This document shows, piece after piece, positions 39,528 through 52,548 of a stretch of 64,000 nucleotides of DNA. The position numbers and the translations under genes are program-made. Origin of the DNA: Basidiobolus meristosporus CBS 931.73 (Eukaryota > Fungi > Basidiobolomycota); assembly GCA_002104905.1 (NCBI GenBank), contig MCFE01000393.1, positions 18,452 to 82,451 of the forward strand, given 5' to 3'. Each line of letters begins with the position of its first letter. Position 1 is the stretch's first letter. The notes under the pieces are model-generated. The model saw only the letters and a program-made list of their open reading frames with translations, made no database searches and was not told the DNA's origin.

Positions 39528-40610
39528 GCATCCTTTCCTTTTGCAGTAGTTGCAAAGCAGGTTGTTATTGCCTTTACAAGGTCTTGGGCATTTCCTTAGT
39601 TGGTTATCATTGCTTATTAAAGCATTTCTTCTTCCTTTGTATTGGCTCTTGATTTTCTTAATGCTTCATCCAGGAGCCTTCCATGTACAAAATTTACGGT
39701 CAAATCTTCAATTCTGAGCTCTAAAACTGATACATGGCCCTGAAGCTTGTCTGTGAGGTTATTTAGGATGGTTACTATCACATCCATATCAGTAGTTGGT
39801 ACACCCACAGATTCCATCTCATCTACCAGCAGGGTAATTCTATTGACTAGATTTTTCATATCTTCTCCTGGCCACATTTTTGTAGTACAATTTTTTGTCT
39901 AAGATACATTCTCTTGGCAGCTGAATAAGACTGGTAGGTGTCTTCTAATGCCTTCCAAGCATTCTTTGCCATTTTTGCTCTTGAGCATTGAATTAGCTAT
40001 TTGTTTTTGACATTAAGGCAAATGCAGTTAAAGGCACTCTGTTCTTACTTCTAGTACATTAAGAATTCCTCCCCATGTTTTTAGGAGGGCATTGTTCTCT
40101 CATGACAATATCCTAAAGTCCTCTTTCTTGCAACAGCATATTCATCTTCACCTTCCACATTTGGTGGTTAGATCCATCTAACTTCTCAGCAGAGGAAAAA
40201 TTTCAATAATAGCAGTAATAGACATAATAGAGAGTGACAGCTTAGGGTTCTTAACCTGTTGTAAGAGTCTTGGAGATATTGAAAGTGATTGGGAGATCCA
40301 GTAGATATTGTGGTTTTCACTTAGTGAATTATTGAATGTAAAAGTAATATTTATACTGTTGCATGCTCTTGGCATAACAAACATAAAGAGTAGGTTTACA
40401 AAGGTTCCATGAGCTTGTGTGCAAAGTTTGGAGCTGTTTGGACAACTTTCAGAATTTTCATCTTTTGAGTACTTGAAATTTTGGTGAAAATATACAAAGT
40501 CAATCCCAACAAGGCTTTTAGTCAGTATTCCTTAGAATTTGAAGGTAATAATCCAAGTGACTAAGTTAGGTGAGTATTTAAGTGGAGTTGCAAGTCTTTA
40601 CAACCACATA

Positions 40611-41900
40611 TTCCTTCTCCCTGCTGGATTCTAGTCACCTTTATGGGAGCACTCTGTCTCTTGTTTGTGTGACTTCAATATTGGATGGTGAAGAAACTGG
40701 CTTACAATATAGAGAAACTTGGCATACTTTGGTAAGGCTATCTTAATAAATACTAGCTGCTTGATGCACCTAGCCCAACTTTGCATTACTTAGGGTAAGT
40801 AGATACTCTGTAACACCTTGTCAGTTCTTTCAAATTTCTCTGATATCTTGAAAGGCTCATTTAGCTTGAAATGTGCCATGTGCAACTTGGTCATCAATAT
40901 AGGGATAATGTTGAAAAGCAAGTGCATTACTCCCAGTGGAAAGCTTTTACTCCTACAGATACCCACTACCTGAGGTATCCCAGGTTTTGGATTAATTCTG
41001 TATTCTGGCCAATGGCTTATAGCTAGCTAACTTTGCTGCAATTCCATGCTGACTTATGTATATTCTTGCTGTGCAAAGATGATGTTCTCAATGTTGGTAT
41101 TGGTATAATAAAATGTTTGCAATCTATGGAGTAAATTCCCTGGATCTCACACATTTCACAGCAAAACCATTTATTGTGCCCAGAAAAGCCAGCAATTTTA
41201 GTGATGGCTGGGATATCACCAACTCAGTTAAAGATAGGCACTTTGATATGATGGCCATTTGGTAGTATCCTGCTGGAAAGCATATAAAAGTCATCAAGCA
41301 ACAGATACAGGTAGCTATGAATGTTAGACATTGATTTAGCCCCAGATACCAGTGAGACTACAATCAGATTTCTGGTCTGATACTATAAGATAGGTGCAGA
41401 TTCTGCTTGATGAGAAACAGTGGCCAGAAGGATATGCTGGTAGAGTACTTGTTAAATGAGAATCCATCACATGCCAAGGCAAAGGCATGGTCATACATAC
41501 CTTCATAGTAGCCCTTGCTTCTTGGTTGTTTGCAATGTTAGCCATTAAATATATCACAAACATTTGCTCTTGATTAATACTAGGTGCAGTACTTTTTTTT
41601 CTCAGAAGTAATAATAAATGCTCAAAGCCCTCATTGCTTATATTGGCGGAAACCTGCCACTTCTCTAGCCACAATATTACATTGTTCACCAGTAGATGTA
41701 CTACTGGGCTCACTTGGCTCCATAATGTATCCTTGGACTTTTTTTCTATGGGTGTTGCCTCAATGCAGATAGAGATTTGGCCAGACTCATGCAGGGTACC
41801 GTTGTTAGGGTGGATAGGCTCACAATCCATCAGGGAGCCTTCTTCTTCAGTGCTATCTCTTTGTGTGTTGTATTCATTTGCTCTTCAACATAACTCTAAA
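40611..41900 (-). mobile_element. Degenerate CACTA/EnSpm transposase (tnp2-like) remnant, 5' part of the element split by the copia
   Basis: Homologous to 45850-47870, including a GDIPAITKIAGFSGHN-like segment near 41170-41230. Confidence 0.75.
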
Positions 41901-42139
41901 AAAAATGACTAAGTGATACCTGGGGTATTTCATGCTAAATGAGCTCATTGAAATATCTGAAGAATTTGAAATAATTGGCAAGATATTACCAAGTATCTAC
42001 TAATTAATGAACATTATAGAAGCTCCAATCAATATTCATATACATATGCAACAATATAAATGTAAGGACAGAGCTCTAATGGCCTCATTGTGGCTCTCTG
42101 CTTGATTATAATGACAGTACCACAGTCTACAGCTAGCCC

Positions 42140-42500
42140 TGTATAATGCTACCATACAAATTTGGTAAATGGAGTTTCCTGTTATTACCTCCCCATGGGC
42201 CAAGCTCATGCTCTACTGTAGAATCACCCCTTGTTAATTGCTTACCCACTACTACCTTGGGTATTCCACATATAGTTGGAATCAAAGAAAATTATTGCCC
42301 CCTGCTTACTAACCTCTGCATATGAACACACCCACTGCAGTATACACACTTGTATCACTGCAACTTTATGTATTTCAGTGTGATACTTGCAAAGCTGCCA
42401 TACACCTTGTATTGTTGATAGCATATGTAAATTACAAACACTAGCTTGGTTGGCACCACTTTTGCCATGAATACCTCCTGAATATCTGGCAAGGACTTTT
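42140..42500 (-). mobile_element. Additional fragment of the CACTA post-transposase region
   Basis: Matches 32645-33000 and 45160-45810 (shared ttaccttgggtattccacatatag and tttgccatgaatac blocks). Confidence 0.7.
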
Positions 42501-43843
42501 TGGTACTTGGCCAATAGACTTGTTCCATTATACCATGCCAGGGCATAAGGTGCAATTTGAGGTTGTTAAGAACTAGGTGCAATGCTGTGGCTAACAGTTG
42601 GTAGGATTGCTCTTGGACAGGTTTGCACTATGTGGGATGATTTTGCACACTATGACACAGTTTGACTCAATAAGGTTGGTATGGATGATTGTGCCAACTT
42701 GTAATGTTTGCACCATGTGTGCAATTGGATACCACTATTATAATAGATAAAATCTGGTATTTGAATCAGTTTCTTCAAGATTACTCAAAATTAATGTGCA
42801 TCACACTATAGAATACATTGATACTTACCATCTTGATTACCATCACTACAATTGGACAGTATCTCAGTAGTTGATTGATCTAAAGGTATCCTGAATCTGT
42901 GAGCCCCCATATGGCTTATTGACCAATACACAAGCTACTTAGTTTGCCATCAAATATTCCATTTTGCCCATTGAGCAGGTCAATCCCTGAACTTAGGGAC
43001 TGGACAAGGTTGTGTAGCTATTACTTTACTGGTTAGGTTGGTGCAAAACAGATCAGATAGCTGCACTGGTTTTGCAGATGATCTATTGGTATTTAAGGTG
43101 TATATTTATAAGGTTTTGCCACAAATGCAAGACTTCCCTGAAACTACTTATATTAAAGATTTAGCAATCACTGGTTTGCAAATGGCTTTTTTAGATTGCA
43201 AAAAAATGCATTACTTGGATCATGACAAATGATAGCAACTCAATGCAATCACATTAACTTCTCCTAGGTTTTTTCTTACAGGTTTCACTACAGAAGCAAT
43301 TGGTAGTGTTTCACTTTGCATACCTAAAGCACTTCCTTGTTGACTATCATCTTGGCTACTTGTGTACTTGTAGACAATATTATGCTTCCTGGTTGATAAT
43401 TGCACTGCTGAAGCTTAGCTGTACTGAATAGCTCCAGATGGTGGTACAGAACCAGCCTGAAGTGCCATGCACTGACACATTCTTTTACTTACTAAAGTCT
43501 CCTGATATTGAGGTACTTTGAGTGGGCCTTCATTGGTCAGTTCTCCAGAAGTTACTCACTGATGGTAAGGTTTAAGAAAACATGCAGGTGCAACAAGAGA
43601 GAATTATGAGGCAATTAGGTAGAGTGGCTGATAGGATAGTTGCAAGGGCCCAGAGAAATTAGGCAATGGTCTAGAAACAGGATGAGTGGCTAATGGATGT
43701 AGTGCAATCAATATAATAGGTACAGAATGCAGCATCTTTACTGCAAAGAAGGTACTCAAGTAGCTCAATGTTGCAGCCAAGAACTGAGTCATTTCCCAGT
43801 GTAGCTGCTGAGGCACACTGTACAGTCTTGAAGCATAACAGCA

Positions 43844-44800
43844 GTGCCCAAGGATAAAGCCTACAAAAAAATGTATCACATCAGGGGTGGAGAGACTGTG
43901 GTGCTTATATTCAAGCCAACAAATCAAAGGACATTGAAGATCCATGAAACCATTGAGTGTAAGGATGAAGAGTGTCCTAATATGCAAGAGGCCTTTAGAG
44001 GTCTAGTAGGGTTCATCTTACAACCAGCTTTCCATGGTATTATCAGGAACTGAAGGTCAAGCAGAATGCACTTGACCTGTTGCATTAGCATTATCCCAGA
44101 TTCAAGCAAGCAAACAGTCTATGGGTCAGCATTGGAATGCTAATAATATGTCTCAACAATAGCAGAAACTATCAAAGACAGAAGAACAAGTGTGCCATGG
44201 CCAAAAACCAGAGGCTTCCTCAAGAGCTTGTCAAAAGCAGGGCTGAAAGCCCCAAACAAGCAATAAAGTAACACCAGGTAGTCAGAAGAGTGCTAGTAAG
44301 GCACAGGCATTTCAAAACAGATGCATCAGTACAGTATTTGTTAAGGAGCAAACATAGCTCAATGTAAGAAGCATTGAGGCATGGTAGCAGTTGAGGACTT
44401 GCAAGTGATAAAGCCCGCAGCTTTCCCAGGAGCCCATCACCAGTAGGGCTGGAAGCTCCAAACAAGCAGCAAAGAAATGGTTGGCAGTCAGATGAGTGCC
44501 AGTAAGAGACACAGGCAGAAACACATGCATTGGTACAACATATATCAAGGAAAAAACAGAGTTCAATATAATAAGCACTCAATCAGAGTAGCAGTCAAGG
44601 ACTTCACAGCAATAAAAGCCTATGGCCTTCTTGGGAGCCCATTACAAGCAAGGCTGGAAGTTCCAAACAAGTGAAAAGGAATTGTCAGGTTGCCAGGATA
44701 GTGCCAGCAAGGGACAAGCAGGCAAAAACACATCCACCAGTGCAGCATTCATAAAGGAGAAAACAAAGTGTAATGCTAGAAGCACTTGGTCACAATAGTA
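43844..44800 (+). mobile_element. Fragment of the CACTA-associated second ORF with a tandem ~205-bp repeat array
   Basis: Units recur near 44215, 44420 and 44625 (ct..ccaggagcc...agggctggaagctccaaacaag); homologous to 47870-48630. Confidence 0.65.
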
Positions 44801-47800
44801 GTCCCTATCAAAAGTAAATTGGTCCTGCATGTGCATCCATTCTGGATCAGCTGTTGGCAATGATTCTGTTATAATGCTAGCAGCTTGAAATTTATGACTC
44901 CCCGTAAAATCTTATAATGTGATTGTATTGGTGTTTTGCAGATTTTACTGCCAAATAAAATAATAAACTTGACAGTACTTTAGTGGTCCTTCAGGAAAAA
45001 TTGCAAGGTATTGTACAGTCTTGATGTGCTTTTCATTTATTCAAGTGGACCTAGCCCGCCAATATATTCAATTTCCTTATACAGCTATAAACTTAGTGCT
45101 GTTCTGAGGGCCTCATTGCTAATCTCTGCTGCCATCATAACGGCTGCCTACAGATAGTTCTGTATAATGCAACTGCACCAATTTACCAAAAGGCATTTTC
45201 TTTTCCTACCTCCCCTTGTGCTATTCCTATGTTTTGCTGCAGAATCACCCCTCTTTGACCACTACTTTCTTGGGTATTTCACATACAGCTTGAGTCAAAA
45301 AAAACTATGGCCTCCTGCTCACTAACCTCTACATATGTGCACACCTGCTGCAATTGACACACTTTCCCTAAGAAAAAAAACTGAGAAAAGGCCAGCAAAA
45401 AACCATGATAGTATCAGCTAAATCCAAGTTACTCAAAATTGCCAACTCTAAATATCTCTGTTCTGAGCTGATGGGTAGGCAAGCAAACAAGTTCTCCAGG
45501 ATGAGACTAGGCAAACTAGCATTCATACCAAATTTGGTATTTAGCTGCCTATTACCTGCATCAAAAATTGCATTTGAAATTTTGAACCCAAAATACCAGC
45601 TGAATATCAGCAAATACCATCAGAATACCAGCAGAATACCAGCTAAAAGTCAGATGAATTCCAAGTTTGAGATTTCTCATAGGGTTTTATAGCCTCAGCT
45701 TTACAGCTTTTTAGTATTATACTTGCAAAGATGCCATATACCTTGTGTTGCTGGTAACATATACATCTTGCATACATATGCTTGGTTGCTGCCACTTTTG
45801 CCATAAATACCTCCTTAATATACACAAAAATATTAATATTTAACCAATATATTCCTTCTCCCTGCTGAGTTCTAGTCCCACATATTGGTGCACTCTGGCT
45901 CTTGCTTGTGTGAATTCTGCATTGAATGGTGAAGAAGTTGGCTTGTTCCCAGGAGAAACATGGCATACATTGGTTGAGTTGTCCTAATAAGATCCATTTG
46001 CTTGTTGCACCCAACCCAACTTTGCATTACTTATCTGATTACCCACTCTCTAGGGCTGCTTAGCATTTTAGTACCAAAGGCACAAGTGTCTCCATATGCA
46101 TATCTGTCTCAGTATTTTCCACCTCTTTCTGGCTGTCCTCCATGTACCAACCCACCACATTGGTGACAGACTTGAAGGTAGTGTTCTTGAATGTGATTGG
46201 GATATAGTAGTAAATGCAACCTGACTTGCCTTGCTGTCTCTTCACACATCAGCTCCACAGGAAGCTCCCAAAAGGTGAAGCAAGGCCTAATATTTTCCAC
46301 ACACCAAGCACAATGGAGTAGAGGAATGATAGAATAGTGGCAGAGATCTAAGTGTTCAGCATTATGATTGTAGTATGGCCACTTAAATCCCATTTCAAAC
46401 TCCTTGCATAAAAGCTGTAGATGTATCAAGTTGGCATTGGAGATCTGCTCCTGGATAAATACTCCTGCAATGTTAACATACAACTCCCAATGCTTCCAAT
46501 ATACTCTTGCTAGAAATGGCTTCAGAAGGCCACTTGAATCAACACATATTCAGTTCATCCAGTCCTGACATTAATATTGTTGAATATGCCTATGACTAGT
46601 GATTGGAGCTCATGAGAAGTACATTGGGTAGCAGATACTCTTTAATATCTTGCCAATTCTTTCCAATTTCTCCAGTATCTCAAAGGGCTCATTCAGGTTA
46701 ATGCCCCATGTACCACTTGGTCATAAGTATAGGGATATTGTTGAGCAGCAAATGCATTGATCCCAGTGGAGAGCATTTGCTCCAACAGATACCCACTATC
46801 TTAAGTATCCCCAGTCTTCAATTACTTCCATAATCTAGCCAATGGCTTAAAGCTTGCCAACTTTGATACAATTGCAAGCTGACTTTCTGTATATTCCCTC
46901 TGTGGGATGATGCTGTATTTGGAATTGGTGCTTGCATAATAATAATGCATGAGTGTTATGGAGTAAATCCCATGGAATTCTCACATTCAACAGCAACACC
47001 ATCCATTGTGCCAAGAAAAGCCAGCTATCTTGCTGATGGCTGGGGTATCTCCAATGCAGATATTAATATGTGCCCTGATATGATGGTCACTTAGTGGTGT
47101 CCTGCTAGAGTATACAAATGTCATCTAGCAATGGATACAGGTGGCTGTCTTGGTTTGACAGTGATTTAGGCCCAGATACAAACAAGTCTACAGTAAGGTT
47201 TCTGCTCTAATACCATATGATAAGTGGCAGATTAGGGTTGCTGAGAAGCAGTGGCCAGCAGGATTTGCTGGTGGAATACTTGTTAAATGAGAATCTATCA
47301 CATACCAAGGCAAAGGTATGATCATACACACCTTCAAGGTTGCACTTACTTCTTAATTGTTTGTAATGCTTGCCATTAAATATACTGGATATGTTTGTAC
47401 TTGATGGATACTGGGTGCAGTACTTTATAGCTTCACACTGTTTATTGAGCTGCATAAGCTTCTTTAGACAGGGTATTACTGGATTATATTTGGAGTGTGA
47501 ACAATGTTATCCTCAAGTGGTGGTGGATCCCTGACAAGCTGGACACCTTGCAATGGTAGCATTTTCTAATATGAGTGCCATGCAACGGCTAACACATGCA
47601 GGCATCAGTGTAGTCTCTGGGCTATATGTTACCAGCTGCGTGACAGTTGTACAATGTACTTGGTAAGTTGCATCCAGAAATGATTTTTGCAAGAGGTGAT
47701 GGTAAATCCTTAAAGGCTGCAATACTGATATTTGTGAAAATACTCCACTGCACTAGCCACTACATCAAGTTATTAACCAGAAGATGTATTACAGGGCTCA

Positions 47801-47870
47801 CTTTGCTCCATAAAGTATCCTTGGCCTTTTTTTCTATGGGTGTTGTTGCATTGCAAATAGAGATTTTTTG
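44800..47870 (-). mobile_element. Degenerate CACTA/EnSpm transposase copy
   Basis: Recognisable motifs SIFNGKHYKQL...FALVCDRFSF...SCWPLLLSNPNLP, IGDTPAISKIAGFSWHNG and LLHCAWCVENIRPCFTFWELPVELMC. Confidence 0.8.
45366..45684. mobile_element. 319-bp MITE-like insertion with CCCT termini
   Basis: CCCTAAGAAAAA...TTTCTCATAGGG imperfect TIRs, flanked by T runs, with subterminal AATACCAGC repeats. Absent from the homologous positions at ~32850 and ~42350. Confidence 0.75.
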
Positions 47871-49625
47871 ACTGTGGTGTTTTTACCCATGCATAAAAAT
47901 CAAAAGACATGAAAGATATGTTGAGTGGTTGAGTGCAACAATGAAGACTGTGCTAACATTCACAAGACTGTTAGAAGTCTAGCACAGCAACAAGGGTGCT
48001 ACAGCTAAAAACCAGTGATTTCCTCAAGATCTTGCCACATGCAAGATTGAAGGCTCCAAACAAGCAGCATAGAAACACCAAGGGGCCAGTAGAATGGCAG
48101 TAAGGGACAAGCAGGCAGCTATGGATGCATCAGTGCGGCATTTATTAGGGAGAAAATGTAGTTCAACACAAGAAACACTGAGTTGTAGTGGCAGTGAAGG
48201 ACTTGACAGTGATAAAAACCCACAGCCTTCCCATGAGCTTATCACAAGTAGAGCTGGACGGTTTAACCAAGTGGCTAAGAAATGTTAAGTTTCCAATAGA
48301 CTGCCAGCAAAGGATAAGCAGGCAAAATAGACACACTAGTTCTGCATTCATCAAGGAGAAAATAAAGCACATTACAAGAAGCACTTGGTCACAGAAGCAA
48401 TGAAGAACTTGACTGCAATAAAAACTTACAGCTTTCTCAGGAGCTAGTTACAAGTAGGACTGATAATTCAAAGCAAGTGGCTAAGAAATGTCAGGTTGCT
48501 GGGAGAGTGCTGGCAAGGGACAAGTAGGCAAAAACAGATTTACTAGTGCAGTGACCATCAAGGAGAAAACAGAGTACAAAACAACAGGCACTCAGACAAA
48601 ATAGCTGTGAAGGACTTAGCAGTAATAAAGATAGAAGTAAAGAATAACGGTCCACCAGGCCAGAGACAGGGAAGCATGAGAAAAAAGCTATAGTTCTCAG
48701 CAATTAACACCATCAGCCCAGAACAGACTGAATCCCATCATAGCCACAAATAATTACCAACAAGACATCCGCTGTTTTCTCAAGTGTTGGAAGCTCAGCC
48801 AGTTGAGCCACCCTCCAGTGAGGTAGATGAGCATGCAGAGAAAAGTAATTGGTCTACCACAGCCTTCACATCCACCATTGTCAACAGAGTGGATCCCACT
48901 GTCAGACATAGTAACAAGGTTTAGTACTCAAAAGACTATCACTATGCCTACAGTGTGATTCTCAAATATTAATAGATGCACAAAGAGGATGTAGCACTTC
49001 TTCAAGAGCAGTGCTCCAGAAAATGCACTTGAATATTGTAAGAATCTATTGCAAAGACCTGCAGATGAGGTGCTAGAAGTTACGGTGCTGCCTGAAGACC
49101 AGGATATATGGGAATCAGTGAATGAACAATGGCATAAAGCTGCAGGGTTCCTGCCAAAGCCATGGAAAAGGGTGTTACAGCAGGAATACTCATTGAATGA
49201 TGGATTTTAATGGAATCACTTGATGAGAGTGGGGTTGGGTTTAACAATAGTGCTGGGTACAGGGACTTGTATATGACAATACAATTTGAAATTGATCTAC
49301 AGCTGAAGTTCCAATGGAAATAAATTGATATGTGTGCATGGAAAGTCAGAGAATTAGTGGAGTCAGGATGTAAGGTGTATGAAAATGAAGTAATAGTCAA
49401 CCAATGTACACAATCAAAAGAGGTGATTAAGTGTCTGAGTTAAGAAAGTGCGAGAATTGGCAGAGGACCAATCAAAAGCAACTCATGTATTATTGTGATG
49501 AAAATTTTTGACTAAGTTTTTTGTGAAATCTGGGTTGTGATTATTTCTCCATAGTCTTTGCACAGAGTCCTGACAGGATCAATATCTTTTAGCCATGGGA
49601 CGTTAACCTTGCAACTGCCTTTTAA
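47870..49625 (+). mobile_element. Opposite-strand copy of the CACTA-associated second ORF, with a ~205-bp tandem array (about 47985-48630)
   Basis: Units near 48020, 48228 and 48432. Downstream NEQWHKA and SHGTLTL segments are shared with 30909-31511 (minus strand). Confidence 0.65.
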
Positions 49626-49629
49626 TGGG

Positions 49630-52109
49630 ACCTGTGATAATGGAAAGTATTTTATTACTATAGTAACACAAAAACCAACATTGCACTCATTTCTTTATTT
49701 TGCCTTTTGCCACCAACACACACAGATGAACAATCAAGAATTTAACTTTGAAGGACATAAGCTCAAGACCCTGACAAGCAGTCTACCCATGAATATTTTG
49801 TCATAAGAACACTCAGTAGGCAGCACATATTTAAACTTGCAAATCATTTGAAGCAGTGCTTAAGAAGTTGTGATCAAAAGAGTACAATAAATTGGAAGAT
49901 CTATACCACGTGGTAAGGGAATGGACTATAAGCTTTGGGCAAAGTCTGTTGCTACCACAGTAGACATCAAGAATAGATGTCCAACAACAGCACTACATGA
50001 TTCCACACTTTTTGAAGCATATACAGACAAAAAACCAGACCTCCAGCACCTCAGGATCTTTGGCAGTGATGCCTTTTATCACATCCCTGACAAAAAACAC
50101 TCTCAGCTGGAAACAAAGTGTAGAAAAGGGATTTTTTGATATTGTGATGATACTAAGGGATACAGAGTGTATGACAGCAAGATCCAGAAGCTGATGAAGA
50201 TCAGGGACATGGTTTTTTGAGGAGAATTCAGATCAGAAAGCCACTGAAATCTTTAGCCAGCTGCCTGATAATGCAATTAACACTAATGAAAAAGATATGT
50301 ACCTAATTCAGCTAGATACAGAAGATAATTCTACCAGCTCCAGACCAGAGCAGATTATCTCAGTTAGGATAAATATCAGAATAAGAAGTGCCCCTGGATC
50401 CCAGTGGCAGACATCCAATGATCACCAAGAAGTTTGTCATCCTTTATGTGCCAAACCTGAGAATCTGGAACAGGCAATGCAAAATCCAGATGTTACCATG
50501 TGGCAACAAGTCATGCAGGAAAAGTGCTAATCACTGATCAAGGCAAAAATGTGGGAGTTGGTAGATTTACTAATTGGGAGAAAGCCAATAGGTTGTAGGT
50601 GGGTCTACACAATCAAGATAACCTCAAATGGTACCGTTTATAAGTATAGTTTGCAAGAAACTATATATATGGAGCAACCAGAAGGTATACCAATCCAAAA
50701 GGCCCTCATAAGGTGTGCCAACTTAGAAAGCTGCTGTATGGGCTTAAGCAGGCACCTAGAGCATGGTATAACATGATTGACACATATCTAGAGGAGATTG
50801 GGCTCATTTGTGGCACTGCAGATCACAGTGTATATGTGAGACAGCTCAAAAAGGGTGTGATTGTCCTAGTTCTTTATGTTGACAACCTAATAACAGTTAC
50901 AAGTGGCCAGGAGGTACTAAAGCAAACAAATCATATTTCTTTAGCAAGTTTGAGAAGAAAGAACTTAGAAAATTGAGCTATTTTCTTAGAACTGAAGTCA
51001 ATTTTGACATACCAATGCAGAAAGTAGTGCTGAATCAGTGTAAGTAAATCAGGGACATTCTTATATGCCTCAAAATGCAAGTATGCAGCTACCCCTATGG
51101 ACAATAATCTAAAAATGTGCAAATCTCAGCCAGCTTAAGGTAACAATGGCTCAAACATGGTTCAAAACTTTTCCTATCAATCAATAGTTGGTAGCCTGAT
51201 ATACTTAATGGTGTCTAAACATTTAGATATTGCAGTGGTAGTTGGAATAGTCAGTAAGTTCATGCAGAATTATGGATCAGATCAAATTTCACCAATTAAG
51301 TTGATTTTCAGATATCTACAAGGGACTATAATCATAGTACTGGAATACTCTGGAGCAGCTAATAGGCAAAGTCTGATACTTATAGTGACTCAGACTGAGG
51401 TAGGGATATGATTGAGAGATGCTTTACCACTGGACATGTATTTCTTTATAGAGGTGCAGTTATTACTTGGGATTGAAAGAAATATCTAGCTATGGCCTTT
51501 TCTACAACAGAAGCTGAGTAAATGGCTGCTTTTCAAGCAACTAAGGTGGCTATATGGCAACAAAGGGCAATCAAAGACCTAGGTTTTAGCTCAGATGAAC
51601 CAACATGTATTTAAAAGGTAGTCAAAGTTGTATTTCATCAGCTAGGAATCCTACTAATCATGTCAGAATTAAGTGCATAGATATACAACACCACTTTGTG
51701 AGGGAAGCTGTAGAAATAATTCAGTAAAGTTAGTCTACTACGCAACACCACAGCATGTTCCTAGGTATATGGATGTATTATGTGTGTGGGAGGGTTGTAA
51801 TAGTTAGGAGTCCACCTAGTTAGTATACTATTGTAAGATAGCACCTAGTCAAATGATGTATCTCAGAATGTCAGCCTAAAGATTAGTATTTCAGATATCT
51901 GCTAATTATTAGGAACTAGTGAAGTACAGAAATTGGGAAAATCTAAAACGTGACCAAATGAGCTGAAATTTAACATAAATACTCTTGAGATTCCCCTGAT
52001 AGTGACCAAAGAGTTACACTTATATAGCTCTGCAATAAGCATAAAAACGGTGTTGCAACTCAGTAAAATAACAAGTGAATATTATCAAATATTTGAGTTG
52101 TCTGTTACA
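49630..52109 (+). mobile_element. 5'-truncated degenerate Ty1/copia remnant with probable 3' LTR (51796-52109)
   Basis: KNRCPT...FEAYTDKKPDLQHLRIFGS, WELVDL...KPIGCRWVYTIK, LYGLKQAPRAWY, LYVDNL, YQSIVGSL. PPT-like GGGAGGGT, then TGTAA...TTACA. Confidence 0.85.
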
Positions 52110-52184
52110 CTTCCAATATATCTCCCTGGTATTCCAACATCCTCAATCATTAAAAGCTTGCGGTTGCCTCATACAGGGTGTGCA

Positions 52185-52548
52185 TGCTGAATTGTTGGAC
52201 CATTTGGTATTATCCAGCAGCTAAAAACTTACTTAGCAATTCTGGACTAGTGTTAGTCACTGAAGAATAAATTACATTCTATATCTTGCCACTTTCTTTA
52301 GATTTTTGATGCTCTGACTATTTCCCTAGTGTCAAGATAAAATCAGTACTTTCAAACCTTATGTATTAACCCTGAACCTGTTGCAGAATGCTCCTAAATG
52401 TTAAGAAACTCACCATACTTGGTGTTACAGTTGTAATACCTCTATGAAGGCACCAATACATAGCTTCTTCAGGTAAAATAACTGTTCAGCTAATAGCATT
52501 ATTTCTTAACAAGTTCCTGATATTCAAAACACTGCGTACATTGCTACA
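52185..52548. mobile_element. Solo LTR (family C, 364 bp)
   Basis: TG...CA ends, 5-bp TSD GTGCA, homologous to 60262-60626. Confidence 0.82.

Larger units (their letters stand above)
33021..40605 (-). mobile_element. Degenerate Ty1/copia LTR retrotransposon with both LTRs, inserted in a CACTA-type element
   Basis: LTRs 33021-33366 and 40257-40605. PBS GGTTAAGAACCC next to the 5' LTR and PPT-like GGGAG next to the 3' LTR. Remnants of UBN2 gag, CCHC knuckle, protease (WNIDSGASQH), integrase (TDNYTRYTWVYF, IHSDNGGEY), RT (MDVKTALLNGEL) and RNase H (GYSDADW). TSD ATATA/ACATA. Confidence 0.92.

Noticed and set aside
30950-49650. One giant TIR element bounded by inverted repeats 30950-32300 and 47990-49650
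   Set aside because: The inverted segments are decayed coding remnants from separate CACTA copies, differ in repeat number and lack matching termini or TSD.
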